A stretch of DNA of 64,000 nucleotides from Opitutia bacterium. GTDB taxonomy: Bacteria; Verrucomicrobiota; Verrucomicrobiia; Opitutales; Opitutaceae. This document shows positions 34,241-42,580 of this stretch, piece after piece. The first letter of the stretch is position 1. Each line of letters starts with the position of its first letter. A model generated the notes under the pieces. It did not search any database, was not told the origin of the DNA, and was given only the letters and a program-made list of their open reading frames with translations. Location: NCBI GenBank assembly GCA_947472765.1, contig CANJCM010000003.1, forward strand, positions 29,612 through 93,611, given 5' to 3'. The position numbers and the translations under genes were made by a program.

Positions 34241-35617
34241 TTACACCACAAAGTCCGATGGCTCGAACGTCAGCATCCGCCGCGCGGCGACGGCTTCGTT
34301 CACCTTCAACACGGTGACGGCCGTGGCGAACGCGGACTCGGCCGGACAATTGAGCGGCGTGCCGTGGCGGATGGCCTCGAAGAAGTTCTCGAGGTGCGGC
34401 TGATGGATCGCCTTGTCGAGCGTGACGGGAATATCCCAAGCCGACAGTTCGGCCGTTTCGCGCACATCGACGGTCGTCGAGCGGGACGGCCCGCCGATCT
34501 TCGGGCGCGGTTTTTCCCACGGCTTCAACGGTACGGGCGCGCCCTCGCCGGAACCGGGCCGCGAGATGTACGCCTTGTTCACCCATTGGTCCCACTCCGG
34601 AGCGCGGGCTTCGCGGTACAGCTTCGTGTAACTCGGGTTCTCCGACATCTTGAGCGCGCCTTCGTCACCCATGAAATATTCGTGGTAGCCGCCGCCCGCG
34701 CTGGTCGTGGTGAGCACCTGATACGAGGCGCGCACGGTGCCGGACGGCGTCGGAAATTCGTAGATCGCCATCACGTTGTCGTACCACTCGTGGGTCCGGT
34801 AGTAATCTGCGCCGCCGCCCGCGAGGACCGAGGTGGGATTCGCGCCGAGCATCCAGTTGAAGACGTCGATCTGGTGCGCCCCGAGATCGGAGATCGGACC
34901 ACCGGCGTAGCGCTTGAACCACCGCCAATTCCGAAACTCGTGCATGTTGGCGTAGCCGTAGGCCTGCAACTTCGCTTCGGGCAGGGCCTGATTCGCCGGG
35001 AAGCCGAGATCGTCGGTGACGGCGCGATTCCACTGGCCCGTCGCATTCGTGATTCGACCGAGCAGGTGCGCCTCGCGAACGAGTTTGTCGCGGGCATGGA
35101 GGTAACGCGGGTTGCTCCGGCGCTGGTGTCCGATCTGGAGGAGTTTGCCGGTTTCGCGCGCGGCGAGGACCATCGAGCGGGCGCCGGCCACGGTGTTGGA
35201 CATCAGTTTCTCGCAGTACACGTGACGGCCGGCTTTGAGCGCGGCGATCGTGTGCTCGGCGTGCATGAAGTCGGGCGTCGCCACCAGGACGGCATCGAGA
35301 TCGGGGATAGCCGACAGCATCTCACGGTAGTCCTCGAAGGGCTTCGCGTCGTGGCTGAACTTTTTCAGCAACCGCTCCGCGTAGGTGCGGTTGTACGGCC
35401 AGATGTCGCACACGCCCTTGAAGCGCAGATCGGGAATCTTGAGCGCGGCGTTGAGCAGCACGCGGCCCTGTTCGCCGCAGCCGATGAGGGCGACGTTGAG
35501 CGGTGCCTGCGAACTGGCGCCCCGGGCGAGGTAGGGCACCGCGACGAGGACGGCGCCGAGCTTGGCGCTCGTGCTGAGAAAGTCGCGCCGGGTAAGCAGG
35601 GGAGGGGAGTCGGCCAT
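34241..35617 (-). CDS. Gfo/Idh/MocA-family oxidoreductase with twin-arginine signal
   Basis: LTRRDFLSTSAKLGAVLVAV TAT leader, VALIGCGEQGR Rossmann motif, VYCEKLM (EKP-like) motif. Start moved to ATG 35617. Confidence 0.88.
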   Translation of the reverse strand: MADSPPLLTRRDFLSTSAKLGAVLVAVPYLARGASSQAPLNVALIGCGEQGRVLLNAALKIPDLRFKGVCDIWPYNRTYAERLLKKFSHDAKPFEDYREMLSAIPDLDAVLVATPDFMHAEHTIAALKAGRHVYCEKLMSNTVAGARSMVLAARETGKLLQIGHQRRSNPRYLHARDKLVREAHLLGRITNATGQWNRAVTDDLGFPANQALPEAKLQAYGYANMHEFRNWRWFKRYAGGPISDLGAHQIDVFNWMLGANPTSVLAGGGADYYRTHEWYDNVMAIYEFPTPSGTVRASYQVLTTTSAGGGYHEYFMGDEGALKMSENPSYTKLYREARAPEWDQWVNKAYISRPGSGEGAPVPLKPWEKPRPKIGGPSRSTTVDVRETAELSAWDIPVTLDKAIHQPHLENFFEAIRHGTPLNCPAESAFATAVTVLKVNEAVAARRMLTFEPSDFVV

Positions 35618-35665
35618 TAGGGCGTCGTTCAGGAGACGGGAGGAACGCAAAAGTTCAACGGGTCC

Positions 35666-36112
35666 TCAGTCACGCCAGAGGGCGAACCGGTTGTGCGTCG
35701 ACAGCGCGAGGGCACCGGCGAAAAGGCCCACATGAATTCCGAGCCAGGCCACGCCCTCGCTTTCCTGCACGGCCATCAGGCCGAACGAGAGCCCGACGTA
35801 AACGAGCCCTCCGAGGAAAAGCGCGGTGCGGGTGCGAACCCCGAGCAGGATCGCGGCGCCAAGGAGGACGAGCACGTAGCCGAGGGAATGGGCGAAGTTG
35901 CGCGTCATCCAGAGAGGCAGGAACGACGCACTCGTGATGCCCTGCGCCATCCGGCCCATGTTCTCGTAGTAGTTGCCGAAGGAGTAGACGCCCTTCAGTT
36001 CGAATTTCTCGATGCCCGCGAGCAGCGTGCGCAGTCCGAGGAAAAGCCGCAGCAACAGGAAGGCGGCGGTCAGTTCACAGCGCCGGGCGGCGGAAAGCGG
36101 GGAGTCGGACAT
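35666..36112 (-). CDS. DoxX-family small membrane protein
   Basis: 148 aa with four hydrophobic segments. LLLRLFLGLRTLLAGIEKF is typical of DoxX/DoxD-like proteins. Start moved to ATG 36112. Confidence 0.65.
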   Translation of the reverse strand: MSDSPLSAARRCELTAAFLLLRLFLGLRTLLAGIEKFELKGVYSFGNYYENMGRMAQGITSASFLPLWMTRNFAHSLGYVLVLLGAAILLGVRTRTALFLGGLVYVGLSFGLMAVQESEGVAWLGIHVGLFAGALALSTHNRFALWRD

Positions 36113-36244
36113 GGGCGTTGGGTACGGTTCGAAAATTGGGCCGAAGCGCGAGGGGTGCAACGATTGAGAAAAGTGGAGAGCCGGGCTCCATTGCCGCGCC
36201 TCTTGCCATGGGGGGCCGGTGTCCCCACCGGCCGCATTCAGAAA

Positions 36245-36270
36245 GTAGGGCCAGCGCTCGCCGCCGGGCC
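36245..36270. repeat. Solo REP (GTAGGGCCAGCG subtype)
   Basis: GTAGGGCCAGCGCTCGCCGCCGGGCC. Confidence 0.75.
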
Positions 36271-36272
36271 TC

Positions 36273-36290
36273 AATCCAAAATCGATAATT
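36273..36290. repeat. Family E word repeat, short degenerate copy E6
   Basis: AATCCAAAATCGATAATT, about 60 nt downstream of the tRNA-Phe 3' end. Confidence 0.5.
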
Positions 36291-36349
36291 TCCTACACTC
36301 GCCCTCCATCGAACGCCCGTTCCGAGGGCCGGACATGGGCGAAATTAAG

Positions 36350-36425
<76 letters not shown>

Positions 36426-36558
36426 GCCGAAGGAAGGGCGAACAAACGCACCCCGCTTGGGCGCGTCAACGGGAAAGTCGGGCGCCCCGGTTCGCGCGGG
36501 ATTGCCAGTGCGCAGGTTCGTGGTGGCCTGCCCGTCAAGCCGGGGCCGAACAAGCTTC

Positions 36559-36705
36559 GTTGTCATCCCATCCTTGGATTCCGAATTTGTTTGGCTCGGC
36601 GTGGCCCTGTCCGTGAGGACAGGGATTTCTCGATCGCTCTGCATGAAGTCGTCCCGCTGCTCACGTAGCGGGCTACGACGCCAATCGGGTCCTCCCCGAA
36701 CTTCG
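36559..36705. mobile_element. Family B MITE-like element, copy 4
   Basis: TTGTCATCCCATCCTTGGATTCCGAA..GTGGCCCTGTCCGTGAGGACAGGGAT..GTCCCGCTGCTCACGTAGCGGGC is collinear with copy 5. The right end is degenerate. Confidence 0.75.
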
Positions 36706-37025
36706 TGAACTTCGAAACCACTGCATTTCACCGCGTACCATGAAGGTACGGCGACGAGCGGAAAATTCCCCGAAAACATGTCCGCAATACGGGCAGACCG
36801 GGCAAAGCCGTTGACGCCACTTTGGCCGAAAATCACGGTAATTGACGCACTGGAGTGAACCCCGCGTCCGTGGTTGTTTTCGCTGATTATCCCCCGGGGC
36901 TCGCGGGCTCTCACCACCGCTCGCGCACCTTGTCTTTCGGCCTTCGGCCGTTACCTTAAAAACTCTGCCTCCCCGCCGCGGCCCCCGGTCGTGAATTTCC
37001 GTTCCCCTTTTTTGCTGCGTTTCCC

Positions 37026-39806
37026 ATGAGCTCTTCCCCGCAAAGTCCCGTGTCGCGTCGCCCCTTGTTTTGGAGTCTCGCGACGGTTGCCCTCTTCGCC
37101 GGTCCCAGCCTCCGCGCCGCGGACGATACCCTCGACGCCGAGACGCTCGCCTTCACTGACCGGCACTGCTCGAGCTGTCACAACGACGTCGACAAGGAAG
37201 GCGGCCTCGACCTGACCTCGCTCTCCTACAATCCCGGCGATGCGGTGAACTTCCAGACGTGGGTTAAAGTCCACGACCGCGTGCAGTCAGGCGAGATGCC
37301 TCCGGCAGAGAAAAAGCGGCCGACCGCGCCGGAACTCGGTGGCTTCGTCAAGGGACTTGCGACGCGCCTGACGGCCCATGAAACGCAGCTCACCGCGCGC
37401 GAAGGCCGCGCCACCCAGCGCCGGCTCAATCGCGCCGAATACGAGAATGCCTTGCGCGACCTCCTCCAGATTCCGTGGCTGCAGGTGAAGGATCAATTGC
37501 CCGAGGACGGCGAAGCGCACCGTTACAACAAGGTCGGCGACGCCCTTGAGGTCTCATATGTGCAAATGGCGCGGTACATGAGTGCGGCCCGCTACGCGGT
37601 GACCGAGACGCTCCGGGCCAAGCTCGCCCAGGTCCCCACGACCACAAAGCGCTACTACGCCCGCGAGCAGTCCGCGATGACGGGCCGCTTCAACAATTAC
37701 GACAACGGCCTGTCATTCACCAACCGGGCCACGACTCCGCTTATCGGAACCACGACGCCCCAACCCGAAGTACGTGCCCGCCGTGCACCGGTGACCGTCG
37801 GCGATTCCAATCCCGAGCAACGAGAGCTCGAGGCGGTCGGCTGGATCCATGGCAATTACCCGGCGGCCATGACGACCGGCTTCACCAACTACCGGGCGCC
37901 GGTCGCGGGTCGCTACCGGATCCGGTTTAGCGGCTACACCATCTGGGTCGGGCCGTACGGCCATCTGCAGCCGTTCAACAACAACCGCGTCGTCGGTCAT
38001 CCCCCGGCCATCCGCTGGGTGGAGCCGAACTTCGACGACATTTCCGAGGGCCGCGGCCCGGAACCGATCACGATTTCCACGCAGGGCGCGCAGGTGAACC
38101 GCCGGCTCGGGGCTTTCGATCTCACGACCGAGCCCAAGGTCCACGACCTCGGCGAAATCGAACTCTACGCGAACGACACCATCATCGTCGACGCATCCCG
38201 GTTCTTCCGTTCGCGGCCGACCGTGACCCGTGGCATCTGGACCAATCCACTCGCGCAACGCGACGGCATGCCGGGTGTGGCGTTTCGTTGGATGGAGGTC
38301 GAAGGCCCGCTCCAACCCGAGGCCGTCACGGCCGGCTACAAGGCCCTCTTCGGCGATCTGCCGATTAAACGCGTCGCGGACAAGGAAGCCGGAGTGACTG
38401 TGCCTGGTGCGATTCCGCTGCTCGAGTCGCCTTTCGACGCCGGCCGGGGTGGCCGCGGTCGCGGGCGAGGCGGCCGGGCGGCCGCGGCCCCGGACCCGAA
38501 GTTCGAGGTGGTTTCCACTCAGCCGGAGAAGGACGCCGAGCGTCTGCTCCGCAGCTTCATGGCCCGCGCGCTGCGCGGTCCGGTCGACGAGGATCGCGTG
38601 CAGCGTTACCTCGGCCTCTTCAAGTCCCACTTTGCCGGCGGGACCGGTTTCGCCGACTCGATGCTGACCGCCTACACGGGCGTGCTTGCTTCCCCGGGCT
38701 TTGTCTTCGTGCAGGAAAATCCCGGCCGCCTCGACGACCACGCGCTGGCTACCCGGCTCGCGCTCTTCCTCTGGAATTCCGAGCCCGACGTGGCCCTGCG
38801 CGAACGCGCGGCGAAGGGCGAACTCCAGAAGCCCGAGGTGCTGCGCGCCGAGACCGAGCGTCTGCTCAATGAGCCCAGGGCGAAGCGGTTCGTGAACGCG
38901 TTCACTGACTACTGGCTCGACCTCCGCAAGATGGAGGACACCACGCCGTCCGTCACTCTCTACAACGACTACTATCTCGACGACATGCTGATGGATGCGG
39001 CGCAGGACGAGACGCGCCTCTTCTTCGGCGACCTCGTCCGGCAGAATCTTCCCGTTCGCAACATCGTCGACTCCGACTTCACCTATCTCAACGAGAACCT
39101 GGCTCTGCATTATGGCATCCCCGGCGTCGAGGGCATCGCGATGCGCCGCGTGAAGCTTCCCGCCGGCAGCGTGCGGGGCGGCCTCATCACGCAGGCCAGC
39201 ATCCTCAAGATCACGGCGAACGGGACGACCACCTCGCCCGTGCTGCGCGGGGTCTGGGTGACGGAGCGGATCATGGGCTTCCCGATTCCGCCGCCGCCGG
39301 CCGCCGTCCCGGCCGTGGAGCCGGACACGCGCGGGGCGACCACGATTCGCCAGCAGATCGAGAAGCATCGGGCGGACGAGAGCTGTGCGGTGTGTCACCG
39401 CAAGCTCGACGCCCCCGGTTTTGCGCTCGAGAGCTTCGATGTGATGGGCGGCTGGCGGGATCGCTACCGCGGCATCTCGGCCGACGTCGCGCCCGAGCTC
39501 GGTTTCGGCCGCAACGGCCATCCCTTCGCCTTCTATTACGCGCTGCCGGTGGATCCGAGCGGACGTCTGGTCGACGGACGGCCCTTCAAGGATGTGCGGG
39601 AATTCAAGCAGCTCCTGCTGAAGGATGAACCGCAACTCGCGCGCAACCTCGCGCGGCAGCTCACCGTTTTCGCGACCGGCGCGCCGATTCGTTTCACGGA
39701 TCGCGAGCGGATCGAGGAGATCGTCCGCTCGACCAAGGCCCAGCAATACGGCCTGCGCAGCATCATCCACGGGGTGGTCCAGAGCGACCTCTTCCGGAAC
39801 AAGTAA
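37026..39806 (+). CDS. DUF1592/DUF1595/DUF1587/DUF1588/DUF1585-type large secreted heme-c-motif protein (paralog 2)
   Basis: Signal peptide, CSSCHNDVDKEGGLDL, HRADESCAVCHRKLDAPGFALESFDVMGGWRDRY. Carries a Gly/Arg-rich insert (GRGGRGRGRGGRAAAA) that is absent from paralog 1. Confidence 0.88.
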   Translation: MSSSPQSPVSRRPLFWSLATVALFAGPSLRAADDTLDAETLAFTDRHCSSCHNDVDKEGGLDLTSLSYNPGDAVNFQTWVKVHDRVQSGEMPPAEKKRPTAPELGGFVKGLATRLTAHETQLTAREGRATQRRLNRAEYENALRDLLQIPWLQVKDQLPEDGEAHRYNKVGDALEVSYVQMARYMSAARYAVTETLRAKLAQVPTTTKRYYAREQSAMTGRFNNYDNGLSFTNRATTPLIGTTTPQPEVRARRAPVTVGDSNPEQRELEAVGWIHGNYPAAMTTGFTNYRAPVAGRYRIRFSGYTIWVGPYGHLQPFNNNRVVGHPPAIRWVEPNFDDISEGRGPEPITISTQGAQVNRRLGAFDLTTEPKVHDLGEIELYANDTIIVDASRFFRSRPTVTRGIWTNPLAQRDGMPGVAFRWMEVEGPLQPEAVTAGYKALFGDLPIKRVADKEAGVTVPGAIPLLESPFDAGRGGRGRGRGGRAAAAPDPKFEVVSTQPEKDAERLLRSFMARALRGPVDEDRVQRYLGLFKSHFAGGTGFADSMLTAYTGVLASPGFVFVQENPGRLDDHALATRLALFLWNSEPDVALRERAAKGELQKPEVLRAETERLLNEPRAKRFVNAFTDYWLDLRKMEDTTPSVTLYNDYYLDDMLMDAAQDETRLFFGDLVRQNLPVRNIVDSDFTYLNENLALHYGIPGVEGIAMRRVKLPAGSVRGGLITQASILKITANGTTTSPVLRGVWVTERIMGFPIPPPPAAVPAVEPDTRGATTIRQQIEKHRADESCAVCHRKLDAPGFALESFDVMGGWRDRYRGISADVAPELGFGRNGHPFAFYYALPVDPSGRLVDGRPFKDVREFKQLLLKDEPQLARNLARQLTVFATGAPIRFTDRERIEEIVRSTKAQQYGLRSIIHGVVQSDLFRNK

Positions 39807-39848
39807 GCCTTCAATTTAAAACCCAACGCAGTCGAAAGAGACCCACCT

Positions 39849-41195
39849 ATGAAAACGAAGCGTCCCCTCCCTTACGCCCCCTTCGTCGCCACCCGCACTC
39901 CGATGTCCCGCCGGCATTTTCTGCGCGGCACCGGTGTCGCGCTCGCCCTGCCGATGCTCGATGCGATGCTGCCGCGTTTCGCGCGGGCGGCGGAGTCGTC
40001 CAGCGCGCTCGCGCCCGGCGCAAAGCCGCGCCGGATGTTCGCCATCTGTAACAATCTCGGCCTGCTCCCGGATCAGTTTTTCCCGAAGGGCCCGGGCGGT
40101 CGCAGTTACGTGATGTCACCGTACCTCAAGCATCTTGAGGGCCACCGCAACGACTTCACCGTGTTCAGTGGCGTCTCGCATCCGAGCGTCGACGGCGGCC
40201 ACCCGGCCGACATCTGTTTCCTGAGCGGAGCACCGCATCCGGCGAGCAGCTCGTTCCGTAACACCATCTCGCTCGATCAGCACATCGCCGAGAAGATCGG
40301 CAACCAGACGCGCTATCCGTCGATCACGCTCGCCGTGAACACCCGGGCGCGGAGTCTCTCCGCCACCAGCACAGGCGTGGCGATTCCGCCGGAGGATCGC
40401 GCGTCGGACGTGTTCAAGCAGCTCTTCCTCCAGGGCAGCGCGGACGAAGTGCAGGCGAAGATTCGCGAAATCGACACCGGCCGCAGCATCCTCGACACGA
40501 TCGCGGGCGACGCGAAAGACCTGCAGCGCTCGATGAGCAACCGCGACAAGGAGCGCCTCGATCAGTACTTCACCAGCGTGCGCGACCTCGAGGGCCGCCT
40601 GAAGGTCACTCGCGGTTGGGAACAGAAGCCGAAGCCGGTCGTGAAAGCCCCGGTGCCCGTCGATCCCACGAGCCCGGCGCAGTTCACGGAACGCGTGCGC
40701 GTCATGTTCGATCTCACCCGTCTCGCCTTCGAGAACGACTCGACCCGCCTCGTTACGCTCCTGCTGAGCAGCGTCACGACGCCCGTCGTCGAGTTGCCGG
40801 ACTTCGCGATCAAGGACGGCTACCATGACCTCTCGCACCACGGCAATTCGCCCGACAAGCTGGTCCAGCTCCGCGCGATTGAGGAGTGGCACATCAAGCT
40901 GCTCGCCAAGCTCTACACCGATCTCAAAGCGGTGAACGAGGGCGGCGATTCGCTCTTCGACCGCACGATGGTCCTCTACGGGTCGCAGTTCGGCAGCGCG
41001 GCGTCGCACGTCTGCACGAACATGCCCGTGGTATTCGGCGGCGGCGGTTTCAAGCACGGCCAGCACCTCGCCTTCGACACCGAGAAGAATTATCCGCTGA
41101 CGAATCTGTTCGTCTCGATGCTGCATCGGATGGGCCTGGAGGAGGACAAGTTCTCCTCGTCGACCGGCACGATGCGCGGCCTTGAGATGACCTGA
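39849..41195 (+). CDS. DUF1552 protein with twin-arginine signal (paralog 2)
   Basis: [19 protein letters not shown]. Collinear with 19884-21233 over its entire length. Confidence 0.88.
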   Translation: MKTKRPLPYAPFVATRTPMSRRHFLRGTGVALALPMLDAMLPRFARAAESSSALAPGAKPRRMFAICNNLGLLPDQFFPKGPGGRSYVMSPYLKHLEGHRNDFTVFSGVSHPSVDGGHPADICFLSGAPHPASSSFRNTISLDQHIAEKIGNQTRYPSITLAVNTRARSLSATSTGVAIPPEDRASDVFKQLFLQGSADEVQAKIREIDTGRSILDTIAGDAKDLQRSMSNRDKERLDQYFTSVRDLEGRLKVTRGWEQKPKPVVKAPVPVDPTSPAQFTERVRVMFDLTRLAFENDSTRLVTLLLSSVTTPVVELPDFAIKDGYHDLSHHGNSPDKLVQLRAIEEWHIKLLAKLYTDLKAVNEGGDSLFDRTMVLYGSQFGSAASHVCTNMPVVFGGGGFKHGQHLAFDTEKNYPLTNLFVSMLHRMGLEEDKFSSSTGTMRGLEMT

Positions 41196-41279
41196 GTTCG
41201 CTGCCTGGCCGTGAGGGTCGTTCGCTCCGGCGGACGGCCCCCGGCGAGTTTCGCCACCCCCTCTGAGTCTTCCCCTTTC

Positions 41280-42374
41280 ATGAACCCTGTTCGTCGTCTC
41301 TCCCTCGTTCTCGTCGGTGCACTCGCCGCTGCGGCCAGTCCCATTGTGCTCCTGGCCCAGGAAGCGCCGGAGTCGCCGGAAGCTTCGGGCGCCTTTTCGG
41401 AGGCCGAACTCGGCGCGCTCAAGCCGATCGATGCTGCGATCGCCCGCTTCGACGCGCTGCTCGCGACGGTCAAGGATGTGCACGAGAAGGCGGCGGTTAA
41501 GAACTTCCTCGATGCGCTGAAGGATCGCCGGCACCAGCTGCGGCCGGGCTTTGACGCGTCAATTTCCGACAACCTCCGCCTCGACGTGGAAATCGAGTAT
41601 CAGCGCCTGGTGGCATGGCTCGCTCCGCTCAAGCCGACGCGGGGCAATCGCCGCGACATCACGATTCCGCTTCCGGCCGTGGCCGCGGCCATGCCCGCCA
41701 AAGCCGCCGCGCTGACCGCCGCCGAAACGAAGGACGGCTGGCAGCTCCTGTTCGATGGCCAGTCGCTCAAGGGCTGGCGCGGCTATGGCCGCAAAGAGCT
41801 GCCCAAGCTGCCGTACGGCTGGGAAGTGAAGGACGGCGTGCTTCACGCCATCGCCGCGGATAAAAAATCCGGCCTGAAATTCGACGACTTCCGCAAAGGC
41901 GAACTCATCACCGAACGCCAGTACACCGACTACGAACTCTTGTGGGAGTGGCGTGTGGCGAAGGGCGCGAACAGCGGCCTCAAGTATCTCGTGACGGAGA
42001 AGCGGCCGAATGCGCCGGGCGTGGAATTCCAGATGGCGGACGAGCTTTCGAGCAACAATCCCAATCGTGATCGGCTGCACGACACGGCGGGTTTTTATGC
42101 GATCATTGCGCCCGCGAAAGACATCCCGTTGAAGCCGGCCGGAGAATGGAACACCTCGAAAATTTTGGTGCGCGGCAACCACCTCGAGCACTGGCACAAC
42201 GGCAAGCTGGTCATGAGCACTGAACTCGGCGGAGCCGAGGTGAAGGCCGGGGTGGCGAAAAGCAAATTCAAGGACGAGCCCGGCTTCGGCGAAAAGATCC
42301 CCGGCCACATCATGCTCACGTATCACGGCGACGAAGCCTGGATCCGGAGCATGAAGATCCGGGAGCTGAAGTAG
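41280..42374 (+). CDS. Secreted DUF1080 (3-keto-disaccharide hydrolase-like) domain protein with N-terminal helical extension
   Basis: Signal peptide MNPVRRLSLVLVGALAAAASPIVLLAQ. DGWQLLFDGQSLKGWRGYG, ELLWEWRVAKGANSGLKY, EWNTSKILVRGNHLEHWHNGKLV, ITLTYHGDEAWIRSMKIREL. Start moved to ATG 41280. Confidence 0.85.
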   Translation: MNPVRRLSLVLVGALAAAASPIVLLAQEAPESPEASGAFSEAELGALKPIDAAIARFDALLATVKDVHEKAAVKNFLDALKDRRHQLRPGFDASISDNLRLDVEIEYQRLVAWLAPLKPTRGNRRDITIPLPAVAAAMPAKAAALTAAETKDGWQLLFDGQSLKGWRGYGRKELPKLPYGWEVKDGVLHAIAADKKSGLKFDDFRKGELITERQYTDYELLWEWRVAKGANSGLKYLVTEKRPNAPGVEFQMADELSSNNPNRDRLHDTAGFYAIIAPAKDIPLKPAGEWNTSKILVRGNHLEHWHNGKLVMSTELGGAEVKAGVAKSKFKDEPGFGEKIPGHIMLTYHGDEAWIRSMKIRELK

Positions 42375-42421
42375 GCGGGTCCGCTTTCGGAAGGCGGAGG
42401 TAGGAAAGCGGCGGGTCGCAT

Positions 42422-42493
42422 GTAGGGCTGCCGCTTGTCGGCAGGCCACGGTTTTCATTTTGGAGGCGGCCCGTCGGCGAGCGACGGCCCTAC
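42422..42493. repeat. REP doublet (GTAGGGCTGCCG subtype)
   Basis: GTAGGGCTGCCGCTTGTCGGCAGGCC ... GGCCCGTCGGCGAGCGACGGCCCTAC. Confidence 0.85.
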
Positions 42494-42538
42494 AGCGCCC
42501 GACGGGTGGGGCGTGTTGCCCGCATCCTCCGCGCCTCG

Positions 42539-42580
42539 ATTCCGAAATCCAAAATCGAGAATCGAGAATCCCAAATCCAC
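42539..42580. repeat. Family E word repeat, copy E4
   Basis: ATTCCGAAATCCAAAATCGAGAATCGAGAATCCCAAATCCAC directly abuts the SNF2 stop codon (42581-42583). Confidence 0.8.
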
